A stretch of 63,963 bases of DNA, filler included, from Hyphochytrium catenoides (GCA_900088475.1; 14 parts of 14 records of this genome joined end to end with filler, not necessarily neighbours in it); one strand, 5' to 3'. Counted from the whole stretch's first letter, positions 24,736-37,210 are shown. The notes: generated by a model not told the origin, from the sequence alone. Made by a program: numbers and translations.

Positions 24736-25509
24736 AGATCTATGACCCATGATTGCTTCTAGGACTACCTCGCCCTTGCGAAGCCCCTACGGCAAATGGG
24801 TGAATGGGAAACTGGTGTGTTGAAGGCTCGTCACTTGTCAGAACTATTTTTAAGTATTCAACTATCGACAACCCTGGTTCTCAATATATTCAAGACGCAG
24901 TGAGGCTTCAAGCGGGAGAAAGCTCTTACGCTAACTTCTGCAAAAGAAAACTTACGAAAGAGATCGCGGACCGCAGGATCATCCTTGCTGAGTACGAACC
25001 CCGGAGCTGGTCGGAAGGTAAAAGTAGCGCTTATAGACTGATCAGCTGCTTCATCATAGGCCTCTGAGACAATCAATGGGACGTGAAGCTGCACTTTTCT
25101 ATCAGATCTTCAGAATTAGCGGCGCCAAAATCTGCGACGTGTCTCTTCACTATCCGTCTTGCTCGTGGGGGATATGTGTAGCACTAATTGATAACCTAAA
25201 TTTGGAGACCTATGATCTTTGGGCCAGATAGATTTACTATTGACTGAACCGTGAGCAGTAATAATGATGTTTGTTTGTAGCATGTCACCCTAAGCATTAC
25301 TGTCCTTGATAGTAATAGTGGCGCCAAGGCGCATAAACCAAGCACTATGAGACGTAAACTGCAGATTTGCCGATAACCACAGAGACAGAGCTTTCTTCAG
25401 GGGAAACTGGTGAAGCTTTGCAAGCTCTTTGGCAGTGCTCTTGGTCCAGTGTCATTGCTGAAACAGGGAGGTTGCGCCGCTAAATCTAGTAGTCAACAGT
25501 GTATGAAAG

Positions 25510-25951
25510 ATGATTGCGTCTCATGCTGTCAAGCTGCTTCGCCCTGCCCAGCAGCAGGTCAGACGGGCCAGCCTTAACAACCTGACTGCAAGCCTCCAAA
25601 AGGGCCCTCCTCTCGATGCTGTCAGAAGGATGCAGCATCTTTTCACAGCCAAGCCGGCACCTGGTAAGAATATCTTGAAGTTTACGTCTTAACCTTTATA
25701 TCGTACGCTGTCTAATGGGTACCATTAGGCGTTGATAACCCCACATTTCTGAAGAAGGGCGCTCCAGACAATCGTACTATGTATTTGAGCTACGCAGGAG
25801 GGACCGGTAAGGAACTAGCACTCTGAGACTGAAGAGATTTCTAGCTATCTATCTCACTCCCTGTCATTTTGATCAATGTACAGTCCTTTTCCTCCTGACT
25901 GGCACCACGGTCGTTGACCTCATGTTCGGAAGAGGCAAGAGAGAGGACTAG
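25510..25951 (+). CDS. Cytochrome c oxidase subunit VIIa-like small mitochondrial protein, 3 exons
   Basis: Spliced product MIASHAVKLLRPAQQQVRRASL...VRRMQHLFTAKPAPGVDNPTFLKKGAPDNRTMYLSYAGGTVLFLLTGTTVVDLMFGRGKRED*. It has a presequence-like N-terminus, a Q..F...P..LK.G..D pattern and one TM helix, with two short GT-AG introns. Confidence 0.65.
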
Positions 25952-28900
25952 AGACAACTATGCGTGATGTCACGTCGGTCGCGCTGTTCATCCAAAGGCT
26001 ATCCTGCGCGGTAATTGATGTGGCTGCTCTAGGTCTTCTTCTGGCTCATAGCCAGAGAGATGGCACCCGATATTTTAGCACCAGCTCCACTTGGGCTCTG
26101 GTGGTTTGGAAACGCGGTATCTAGCTAAACAATTATAACACTTTCTTCCTCAAAATGGTTCACATCCGTCATTCTTGCAGAACAAAGATTATGCATCTGA
26201 GCTCTGCCTATTGGGTCTTTCGGGACGTTGGGGTCTTGATCTCTCGCCATCTCACACACCAATCTTCATTTGTCTGGCACCTTGTCGAGGGGGAATAATG
26301 ATGCGAGCCCCAAGAGTTAGCTGCCCTCCACAGACTCCAAAAGAGCTGCATTATCTTGTTGAGGATAAGGGAGAAGAGACGCTGGAATGATGGACCAGAT
26401 CTTTTGGGAGAAGGGTCATAATGAGAGAAGGTCGAGTGCCCGTGCCACCAGAGCGATCACAGATATGACTAAGGCAAATAGCAATAGCGCAAAACCTCCG
26501 TGAAGGCAGCTCATCTCAGTAGCTGACATTTCTCCTCTCCATCAGCGTTGCGCCGCCTGCATCTGACGGCATGGTTTCCTATGCTTGGCATGAGCAACAG
26601 TGGAGGCCGCCGCAGCACCCAATGTGTTCTGTAAGGTGCTGCGTGCTGGTCCATGGACTTCCTTGAATTGCCTAGAAGGGGGCTGAACATCTAGCTGAAA
26701 GTAAGTGAAGCATGCGTAATCACACAGCATCTTGAGCTCCACAGCGAGTGCTCCTAATAACCTCTCCTTACTGACAGCGCCAGCGAGTAGCGTCCCACCA
26801 AGGACACCTAACGAGTGGCACTGTGATGGACGGCATGCCGACATTATTATGATCGGACCAGCTCATATGAGCCAGACGGGTTGACTTCCATTCATTAACT
26901 TTATAGAGTTCCATCAGGGCAGCACGGTGCAGGGCTCGTAGAACCTGTCACCGTCTCCTCGGGCTACTCATGAAGACAAATGCATCGTCCAGTTTCATTC
27001 ACCTACGCCTGTCTCTCAGTACAGCTTTTCCAGCACACTCACTGCCTTGGAATGCCTCTCATCATCTGGTTTACGGCCCCTTTCCCGGTGTCAAATGCCT
27101 CTTTAACATAGTCCTATATCGACTAATGGCAGAAGCGTATGCCAAAAAGAGAATATAGAGTCAACGAATTCTTTCATCTGCCCCTTCCACAACCCGCACC
27201 TCCTTATTCCTCCGCCCTGTCTCATCCCTCCTGGCGCAGGCGGGCGCCCTTTAGTAACAGTTAATCTTCGTCAATCTCTCGCCGGTGCGTTCACCTATAT
27301 CTCCGTTGCTCTCTCCTCGAAAGAAGGCTATTGGTTGACTGAAGATGCCGATGCTGAAGATGCAGATGTGGGCAGACTCTCATCAAACAGGCACAGTGAA
27401 ACCTCGGAGCCTAATGATTATCGCCTCTGATACTCGCACTGCAGATAAGGGTCATAATGGGATCCCACGTCCTCTTCGTTTCACAAAACCCGGAGAACCC
27501 TAGTACTGTGCTTACTCTGTCTAGGGGCCCTTGACTATAGGGGACCATGGCGGCTATTGCGCGGGGTCAGGGAAGGGGCGGGAGGGACAGAAAGCTCAGC
27601 GCCGCGAGAGATCAAGGACGACAAGCGCCTTGAAGCGCATTGAACAAGAATCTGACAGCAGCTGCTTCCAGTCACTGACGTTGGTTCTCCACGCGGAACT
27701 AGAATACGGCTAAGAGGACGTCTACTTTCTTNNNNNNNNNNNNNNNNNNNNNNNNNNNNNNNNNNNNNNNNNNNNTTAATTAATTAANNNNNNNNNNNNN
27801 NNNNNNNNNNNNNNNNNNNNNNNNNNNNNNNAGTGACTACTGTACTACTGACAACGAACATAGTAGCACTCAACACATATAACCAATGTCAGATATTGTA
27901 TGACAGAGGAAGTTGGACTAGCCACAAGAATAGAGTTGAGCTCTAATGAAAGTAAAGAAAGCAACAAGAACAGGTGAGTCTTCGCTAAGCGCGACAGCAG
28001 CTTCGTCGGCGATAAGAATGTGTTCTCCGGAGATGAGAAAAGTGAGACTGAGAGTCTCCTCTCGTTATGCATAGCATGCAGAGGAAAGAAGAATAGGTCT
28101 TTCCTAACGTAGTTCTACCCTAGAAAATGTGTCTTGTAGAGACAACAAAGCAAGACCAAAGAAAGGAGCCGGTCGACAACAAGAGAGGTGAAAGGAGAGA
28201 AAGCCTTCTCCTGAAAGCTCTATCCCACTAAGACTGCTGACTTGATACTTGCACCTCTTCTGCACATCTAGGAAGGCTCTCCACAAGTCTGTCTATTTGT
28301 TCCCAGAGCAAATCCTTGTGTGATTGTGCCAAAGCCAAGGAGTTGTGCAGCTCTTGCTATTAACAGCAGAATCTCGGTTGCCTATCCTACAGGTACTATG
28401 CTTAGGTAGGTATCAAAGTCTGAAGCCTTCAAGTCATAACAGATGGGTGAGACCAAAACTCCGTAGATCAACCGCTAGAATCCTCTGCTGTTATTTACCG
28501 GATCTCCTTGTCATTGACCATCCGTTAGAGTATAGGGAAGAGGATGAGCTGCTGTATCTCCAATTCCAAAAAGCCATAACAACTGCGTACATGAATTGCC
28601 CCTGTGCTATTTTGATGATGACTGCACAGCTACTGCAATATGTGTGAGGTATCGCTATCGCCCGCCGCCATTGGCCCCTCATCTGCTTGAAGCTTCTGAA
28701 CTGCCACTGAAGTACAGGATGAGGAACTTGATAAATCTTTCTCTGACTTCCTCTCTAGATAAAACGGCACTCGTCTGGTTTGTTTGAGTTCTGTTTGGAC
28801 AGAGTGAGTGTGAAAAGCTTATGGGAACCTGTTTTAGTTATCATTGTGTCTAGTTTGTTCTAATCAGTAACTGTGTCTTGTATTATTTACATAACCCAGA

Positions 28901-29619
28901 TACTGTCTCTTCACTTTCCCCATGATGACTTACATTGTGATGAAAGCCTAGTTACTATAACTCTGAAACACTTTGTTTTGTGTCTTCTCCCTCTTTTGAG
29001 GTAGAGTCTGGACCTGAGAGCTTTTTCAGAGCTTTGTCAGCTTCACTCAACAGTTTGGTCGAGGTCCACTTACTAGGTCCTGCTTCCAGATGGGTCGGAT
29101 TTCGGTCAAAGACCCACTTACGGGCTTCTGCTTCTCCTAGGCACAGGGCGGTGGGAGCTTCCCTTAAGCCCGCTCCCACTTTTTTCCCTGGCTCCAACTT
29201 CTTTCCTCATCTCTTGTGGTTTCTTCCGCTTCCTGGTGTTGTTAAGTCTACATTGCACAATGGCTGGTTTGCGGACTCTGGTGTACTTCTGTCGTGGTCA
29301 TAGTGTTGGGAAATAACTCAGCAGTCATCCTTGCCTCCAAGGGCGCTCCTTATCGCTCCTTTCCGACGGACTCTCTTGTGGCCCTCTATTATATTGCCAT
29401 GCGGGACCCTTTCCGAGACAATGAGATGTGTTGGTTTGTGGTATCTTCTTTTATCAATGTTATATGATTTTTTTATTGTATGGGCGGTGAAGCCTCCAGT
29501 GAGGCTACATTGATACCGCCCCCTTAGGGAGCCCTGCTAATGTTTTAATGAATAAATGGAAGTGAAGAGGCCCTTACTTAGATAGCTGGTCTACTGATAA
29601 GGTCAGACTGAGTCAACCC

Positions 29620-29948
29620 GGTTTATGGGCCTCTCTATCCGCTGAGCGAGCTTGGCTTCTCCAACCACCTGCCCATTCCTATTAGCCAGGACAACAAGAG
29701 CGCGATTGTTCTCTGCTCCTCTTCACGAACGAAGTCCAAGACTTCAGAAGTCATGCACCGTGTCCTGCAAGAGAAGGTAGCCGATGGGAGAAATGAGCTG
29801 GCCTATACTCTTTCTGCAGCCATGGTAGCCGATTGCCTCACAAAGCCTTTACCCGCTCCTCTCCTTCGGACGCGTCCTCACAGTGGAGTCCTCCCTTCTA
29901 GTACCAGTACTCTTGCCACTACCCACCTAGCTTCGTCTGCGGGGAGAG
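29620..29948 (+). mobile_element. Ty1/copia RNase H remnant followed by a polypurine tract
   Basis: Translation LSELGF...ISQDNKSAIVL...RTK...LQEKVADG...MVADCLTKPL matches the copia RNase H C-terminus. GCGGGGAGAG follows, then TG. Confidence 0.8.
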
Positions 29949-29995
29949 TGAGTGAGACCGACAATTTGGTGAGTTAATTCGAACGCCACCTTGGA

Positions 29996-30579
29996 GGAAA
30001 GTTTTGTACGCTCCGGGATTCGAACCCAGTGTTGGAGTCTGAGGGCACAGCTATGTGGCCTACGAGCTGGCAAGCTTAACTACCCAAGTTTCAGCTCCAA
30101 ACTCCCAGTAGAAGCCGAGATATGAAGCAAACGGAATGTCCCTGTTTATATCTATTGCTTATGATCAGTACCCCGGAATACCTTCAAGACTGACTGTTCT
30201 AGACAGGGATTTCTCTGTGACTTATGATCAGTACCCCGGAATACCTTCAAGACTGACTGTTCTAGACAGGGATTTCTCTGTGACTGAATTCTTAGGGTTC
30301 ATTAGGAATAGTTGGCATAGTCAGAATAGCTCTAGATTATGGGACCCCAGTTGGGCTTATAAGTAGAGCACTCCTCTCATCTAATGACATTGTCCAATCA
30401 TCCCATACAAATCCAACACCCAGGACTCTGTTCTTGATGCCGACACCCTAACCAGTATGCACCATACATCAAACGTACACTTTAACTAATCTCCGTTTTG
30501 TTTGTATATAAGGGATTTTTTCCCCTGTGCGTCGTCCGCTGTACACATTTTTAGTTTCAGCGTCGATCAGAGTTCAACA
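29996..30579 (-). mobile_element. LTR copy 1 of a family containing a tRNA-like module; preceded by a PPT and interrupted by a solo LTR
   Basis: Minus strand reads GGGGGAG (30586-30580) then TGTTGAAC. It aligns with 31100-31288 once 30030-30423 is removed. Confidence 0.7.
30030..30418. mobile_element. Solo LTR (389 bp) with a 5-bp target-site duplication and an internal 63-bp tandem duplication
   Basis: Inverted termini TGTTGGA...TCCAACA. CCCAG is duplicated at 30025-30029 and 30419-30423. A 63-bp unit repeats at about 30158 and 30221. Confidence 0.9.
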
Positions 30580-31035
30580 CTCCCCCGGAATCTAGAGGAC
30601 TCTGTAAGCTCTAGATTCAAATGGAGCTGTGATGGTCATCCTTGGTGACAGAACCGAATGGCTCAATATATTGCCCGAGTTAAATCGCTCGGAGCGTACA
30701 CCATGTTAGAGTTTTTTTTACAATATTTGGTGGGGAGCGCTTTGAACTTATATTGGGGTGTCTGAATAGATGGGAGAAACATTCTGAACACGGAAGGTCT
30801 TTCTCGTCTATCATCTATTGTAGCCTCTCCTGAAGCGCAAGGCGATGTAGACGATCTCCGTCGTTCGATGCATGTTCAGCCAAGTTGCTGTAGTCTTATC
30901 AGCCCTCGTCGCTTCCACCACCGGGGCCAGCTCAGCCATCAGTTTATTTGTGGTGAGGATCAGGCATTGACACCAGGCTAGCCATCCAAAGATATCAATG
31001 ACTTGACCAAAAAGTGATCAAGATGATGGATTATA

Positions 31036-31288
31036 TGTTAGATTTTATCATTTGATGGTGAGCACGTTGATTTAATATTGGGGGATGTCTGGATACCGGA
31101 GAAAAGTTTTGTACGCTCCGGGATTTGAACCCAGGACCTCTGTCTTTGATGCCGACACCCTAACCAGTCTGCACCATACACCAAACGTACTCTTGACTAA
31201 TCTCCGTTTTTCTTTATATACCAGGAATTTTGCCCTCTGCGTCGTCCGCTGTACACTTTTTGGGGGCAGCGCCGATCACAGTTCAACA
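31036..31288 (-). mobile_element. LTR copy 2 (uninterrupted) containing a tRNA-like Pol III module at 31111-31190
   Basis: TGTT...AACA termini and homology to copy 1. The module has a 7-bp acceptor stem GTACGTT/AGCGTAC, T-arm CTGGG-TTCAAAT-CCCGG and A-box-like TGGTGCAGACTGG. Confidence 0.7.
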
Positions 31289-31481
31289 GAATTAGACCTC
31301 CTCGTTCACATTGAGGATGAGAGTCAGACACTGCTGGTGTTGAGAGCAGAAGCTGACAAGAGCTCTAAAAGGCTCACAGTTNNNNNNNNNNNNNNNNNNN
31401 NNNNNNNNNNNNNNNNNNNNNNNNNTTAATTAATTAANNNNNNNNNNNNNNNNNNNNNNNNNNNNNNNNNNNNNNNNNNNN

Positions 31482-31511
31482 AAAGTTGCATCACTTAAGT
31501 GACGCAACTTT
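31482..31511. repeat. 30-bp near-perfect palindrome centred on TTAA at a contig edge; possible fold-back/MITE centre
   Basis: AAAGTTGCaTCACTTAAGTGAcGCAACTTT has one mismatched pair. Confidence 0.6.
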
Positions 31512-34500
31512 TGTTACAGTAGGGATATCCGCAGAGGTATTTTGAAAAATGAACTGCCTACTAGCACAAGATTTTCGTGAGGAGGCGTTTCCTTACGGCC
31601 TAGCAGACGCCTTTGCCAGAATGAACGCTATTGAGCCGAGTCCTCTAAGGGACTTTACGCTAAACAAGCACCCTAAAGAGCTATGGCGCTTGGTATTTGA
31701 CCTGAAGCCCAAGTAGCTACGAAAAGGCTCTGCTCAGCCAGGAGAAGACGCCAGTACCGACCCACGACTGTTTACGACAACTGTTTGGAGGTAACCACCA
31801 TCATTGCTATATTATCGTCTGCCCTCCACGCTTGTTCTGTTATAATTTTTCAGTAAGCGAATTCATCTTCTTGTTTCTTATTACTTTTAGAGCGCATAGT
31901 AAATAAGCACAGACGCGACAGTGTGACGCTCAGCGTCCGCTACCATATTGTTGGGAGGCGGTCGGGGGAATCCTCTAGTAATAGCAGCCAAAAGGAGGGC
32001 GAGGGGGCCAAGGCAACTCCTCATGATGTCTATCCTTTCGCCTGGTAAGGGATGATGCGAGCGAAGCGGCTCCACGTCGATACTGATTTACTTTATTCGA
32101 CCCTCCTCCTTCTATCACAGATTTATCCACTCACTACCTGCCTATTGCATTCTTGTTCTTCTACCTGCTGCCCCTCCTTTTTCCGTCTCTGTCGTCGGTA
32201 TGGTGCTTGTCGTCTCAATCACTCGCACCTACCACTAAAATCCCGAGTTACTCTTTGCGTCTTACCACCTATTTCTAGGGTAGTAAGTGCCGCCGTGGAC
32301 CCTGGCAGAGTCAACATCTTTGTGTATGGACGACGCCGGCCACGTGTAGAATTATACACGGGGCCCGATACCACCAGGAGTCCAAACTGAACCTCCAGTC
32401 CAGCCAAGAAGCTTGCGGGTTGGAATCCTACAAGCCCTTGCGGCTACTGGAGGGTCAAACGATATGATGTCCTCACTTTATCGTCCCTCTCTCTTTAGTG
32501 ACACTTACTTTGCTCTCTAGCCATTGGCATTGCACAAGGCTAATCTGAAAGGAGTTTCAACTTCGCCTGTTTGTCTGTCTCTCTCTCTCTCTCTCTCTCT
32601 TCGTACGACTCAAATCTGTGGCACAGTTACCCCTAACCCTAACCGCAGGGCCACCCGTCAACACTGGGACTAAGGAGAGGGAGATCTCCTGTGCCGTCTT
32701 CTTCCCCACGACCAGGTGAGCTTGTTTGTGGGTGCTTGTCTGTCTATCACCCCTGTGCGTTTAGCAGCTATGACTGACCTACTACTGTTCTATGCTGGAC
32801 CCCTTCGTCTCCTCTTCCCTAACCCTCCTTGCTGTCGTCTTCTTGCGCTCGCGTTATCATCACTCATTCCTGCCACCAGTCGCTGGGTATTACTCGCATG
32901 TTGTTGTTGCTCTCTCTTCTGTCATCCTCTTATGGCGTGGGTTCTCACAGTCACAATATCTATGAAGGAGCGATTCAGAGACGTGGCCAGGCTGACACAT
33001 TCTCTCTGAGGAGGGCCTCTCCACAACAGGAGAGTTGATGCCCGAAACCCTTGGAAAGGTATTATGGTGGATGTTACGGTGCAAGCTGTGATTCATTGGA
33101 CACAAGGCTAAGTTTCGTTCTCCTGACCTCTAGATTCTCTCGCCACCTCGTTCTCGAAGGGTTAGGAAGGTAGGGAAGAAGGAGGCGTGAAGGACTTGAG
33201 AAGTCAAGACAACTATGCCGAAGAGAGACGAAGGAGATAGGGAGAGAGGAGAAGGAAAGAGAGCAAGAGCGAGAGGGACAACGGACGATGCGTGTACCGC
33301 AAACAAACAAAAGAATATTCGAGAAAACGACTTTTTTTTATCAGTCATCGGGCAGGAAGGGCCCGCAACTCTTGAAGGCAAGGGAACCATCGATGTGTTA
33401 GAGGTTGAAGCTCCCAAGCTGGCTCAGAGTGAGTTGCCTTTCAGTCTACTGTCGCCTGGTCCAGTGTTAAGATAGGGACAACAATGGGTCAACTCTCTTT
33501 CTCTCCTTTCCCTGTTTCTCTTTTGGCTCTCTCTTTCTTTCGTTTCTCTTCTCTTCTTGTACTCTTTCTCTCCCTCTTTCTCCCTCTCCTTTCACTTCTC
33601 TCTCATTACTGTCTCTTCCTCTCTGATCTTCTGGCTCCCCAACCTTCCCCCACGACAAGAGAGTTTTCCTTCCTCTTTGTTCCCTTCTTTTCTTCTTTCC
33701 TCTTTACTCTTTCTTCTTCCCTTCCTGTCTCCAAGAGGCTGAGGCGNNNNNNNNNNNNNNNNNNNNNNNNNNNNNNNNNNNNNNNNNNNNTTAATTAATT
33801 AANNNNNNNNNNNNNNNNNNNNNNNNNNNNNNNNNNNNNNNNNNNNGACTCACCACTAGCTACAGTTGCGTGATCCTCCGTGTCTGCACCGATGACAAGA
33901 ATCTGAGGTAATCCTTCTCTCAACATCGCAATAGCCAGCACCCGCAGCCTGATGCACAGTGATGCAGAGATGGACCGGACTGCAATGGCTAGGTCTTGAG
34001 CCTTTCAATTGCTACGAGAGGTACTTTTACACTTGTGAGCCTAATGCCAGCCCAAGAAAGCGGAGATGCGCAACAAGTCTACCGAGTAAAAGGACATCTA
34101 GAGAGGCCGATGAGCACACAGTCAGAGGAGATCGACGAACCGACATTGGGCTGCTGGGATAATCTGCTGGTGGGCTCATTCATTGAGGGATGATCAGAAA
34201 GGCCACAAAGTGTCATAGAGAAAATGCCATTATTAGGAGAGGGGGCGCACTAACTCCTCAAATATGGGGGTTAACGGCTACTAGAGTGCGCTTCCAAGGC
34301 GACTCCCAACCACACTAGTCCCTGTTACAGATAAGGCGCACACTCCATGACGATAACGCAATCAAAAGACGGAAGAGGGGCACCTAGAGGGCGCACATTT
34401 TATGACATCAACACTTCACTCTGTGCACACAGCAGTTTTTTCTTCGTCGTAGAGAGAGCTCAGAGCTTCAGAGCTCCAGGACCCAGGACGGATGTACCTT

Positions 34501-34869
34501 GAAGAGCTCCTGGAAGGCTCCATCCTGGACCGGCGGTTGCTTCGGGAGGTCAAAGCTATGGCTGTGCGGCGAGGAAAGGGAGAGAGCTACGGGGTCTGAC
34601 ATTATGATTCTGTTAAGCAGCCGGAAAGCGATCAATCTCATAACCTGGAAACACCTTTTAGCAATCATGTGAAAGCATGCCTGGGTACCACAGCGTGACC
34701 TCTCACTCTGAAGGATGGATCTCTCAGCCCGTAGAAAGGGCTCAGCAGGCATCATTCCTTGCCGCCGTCGAGATCTGGTTGCACACCGATGGTCATGATA
34801 AAGACTCTTTATATAATTTTTTGACACCTTTATTCCTATAAATAACGGGCCTTCCATAGTCCTTAGGGT

Positions 34870-37210
34870 TCATAGCGATCGTAGCGCGTGTCCTCTTAGA
34901 GTGATGAGGATAAGAAGCGTCATTCCCAAACCGATAGAGAAGCCCATTCCCAAGGTCCACCACATCTGCGGATCTTGCCGCCAGGGATCCGAAGGGCCGC
35001 TCTTCGCTCTCTTCCTCTCTTCTGCGTCCATCTTTGATGACTCTCTTTGTCTTTGGCCATTTTCAGGAGGAGGATAGCGCTCAGAGTACTGGGAAGGATA
35101 CCCTTGGTAGCTTTGAGGATATGGAGAAGCGTTAGGAACCGTTGGGAGGTGCTGCCATTGATTGGGAAGTGGCTGCTGGATGCTATGTGTCGAAAGCATT
35201 GTCTCTTGAACGGGTAACGCACCATGAGCGAAGGCTGGGCCGTGCGAAGGAGGCAAAGAGACTGGCAAAGAAGAGACATTCGAATAGACAGAGACTGGCT
35301 GTTGGGCCCCCGGAGCAAGGACGGATTGCATTGGAGCCGCAACCGTTGAGTAATTGGCGGCAGGTGTCTCATACACGGGAGCCGGAGGAAGAACTGTCTG
35401 AGTGGGAGCCAGAGGAAGGACTGTCTGAGGGATTGCGGATGGAAGAGACTGCTCCTTCTGGCCCTCTTCACTTCTTTTTCTTGGAAGACGCCTCCTTATT
35501 TCCTTTATTTTTCTTTTTGGCACGGGATCCTCCTCTGCAGAATCTCTTTGATCAAAAGCCCCGTCCTCAGTAGCGGACGTGGGAGAGGGGGAAGTGCTGT
35601 TCTGCTTTTGGGTCCTGGAGGAGAGGGCTCTCTTTAACGGCTTGGGACTTTTGACCTGAGACGTTCTCTCCTTCTCTTCGCTCACAGGATCAGCCAATCT
35701 GCTCTCTTCATCCTTAATCTGGGGCTTCGCCTCGCTGTCTGAACAGTCAGCTGATCTTCTAGAAGTCGAGAACCCAGGCATGTCCTGTTCTTTCTTGCTT
35801 TTGGGCCTTGTTAAGGGCTCTGTCCTTCGGGAAGATCGGCTAGCGACGCTTGTGTCCGTGTCTGTGCTGCCTCTCCTACGAAGTCGAATCTCTCCCATGG
35901 CTTTACCCGGCCTAGAGCGGGAGGACTGATCTTGACTGGCTGCTTTCTTCAACCTCGGTCTATTACTCCTAGAGGAGACCAAGGAACTGGTGGTAGCGTC
36001 GCTATCCATGTCGCCATTGTTGTCCCCTCTCTCACTTTCGAAGCGATCGGTCCCTCCGTCTTCGCTGCGAAGGTCAATCATCATTGTGCCCATGCTAGAA
36101 AAGCTATCCCTAGACATGGTCCTGGACAGGGCTCTGCGGCCACCGCTAGGCAGAGGGGAGGAAGAATTGAGAGAAAGAGCAGAACTCATAGCGGCGGCTT
36201 TCTCTCTGAAGATTCGCTCAGCAACATAACTGTTGGCAGCTTCACGTCGATCTACCGCTCCATGCTCCAAGGAGATGAAGCGAAGCTTCAAAGGCCGTTC
36301 GGTGGTGGCACGGAGCCTTCCTACGCAGTCCTGAAACCCAATCCTCTCCAGCGAGAAGCCATTAATATGCGTAACTCTAAGTCCTTTCCTGATGGTGAAC
36401 TGCTGCTGATCCGGACGGAGAAGGCTATTATACAGCTCACACGCGCCCTTGCCGCCAGAGGCATCCTAACACACAAATGGATAGACGAAATAGGTTACAA
36501 TTGAAAAAGGGCGGGTACCTTCAGAGGATTGAGAGCACCCAAAGATCAGTTTGGCTGAGGAAAAGGTATTCAAGGCTTGCTGAACATCGGTCAAAGTGAG
36601 AAGCGAATCGGAAAGAAAGAGGAAAAGAAGAACCAAAGGACAGGAGAAGGTATTAGAGGTCAGAAAGGGACGTAGAGCCCAATAATATAAAAGAGCTTAG
36701 CTCTAACAGAGAGAAGGGGGGAAAGGGGGGTGCGGCAGGAGAGAAGAGAAGAGATAAGGCGGCTTACTCTGAGAATCTGATGTACTTCCATAGCATAGTA
36801 ACCGTTCCCTGTGTCTGGTTCTTTCGCTTGAATGAAGGTGACTCCTAACCTTTGCGTCGGGAAGCTGACTTTGAAGGCTACATGCCAAGGGGTGACTGTG
36901 GTTTGGAAATGGAGAAGACTTATTAGTTGCCCTTCATGTATCAGAGTCCACCATGGTAGAGATGAGATAGAAGAGCCAGGAAGAGAAGCCGAAGGGCAAC
37001 GAGGGGCGAGCAGAGACTGACCGACAGAGAGAGAGGAGAAGGATTTAAAAGAGAGAAAGATCTGGGAGATTGTGAGTGGCATAAAGAAGGTGAATAAAGG
37101 CCCGTACATTGTGTCTCCTCGCTAGGTATTATTGGCACTGAAGGTTCTTCCTTCAGGGCCACCGTTTCTGTCAACGAAGTCTCGGGTGGGATTCCCATTG
37201 TTTCGACCAT
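34870..37210 (-). CDS. PDZ-domain protein with a long disordered region and C-terminal transmembrane anchor, 3 exons (37210-37108, 36895-36768, 36465-34870)
   Basis: Phase-consistent splicing extends the 473-aa ORF with FKVSFPTQRLGVTF...IRKGLRVTHINGFSLERIGFQDCVGRLRATTERPLKLRF, a PDZ pattern. The protein ends in WWTLGMGFSIGLGMTLLILITLRGHALRSL*. Confidence 0.75.

Noticed and set aside
27832-29500. Possible decayed non-LTR retrotransposon (QGDPV-like fragment on the minus strand)
   Set aside because: Many stops and no second diagnostic RT or endonuclease motif could be assembled.
30158-30285. Direct repeats resembling a CRISPR array or a repeat protein (ORF 30136-30366)
   Set aside because: Two adjacent 63-bp copies with no spacer inside a solo LTR; a simple tandem duplication.
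31111-31190. Functional tRNA gene, including tRNA-Sec because of CATCAAA
   Set aside because: The D and anticodon stems are mismatched, there is no long variable arm, the anticodon region differs between the two copies, and it sits in a repeat.
31930-31955. Possible LTR end plus primer-binding site (AACA-atatGGTAGCGGA, minus strand)
   Set aside because: No matching LTR or recognisable gag/pol follows.
32631-32644. CCCTAACCCTAACC telomere-like sequence
   Set aside because: Only about 2.3 units and internal to a contig, too short to call telomeric.
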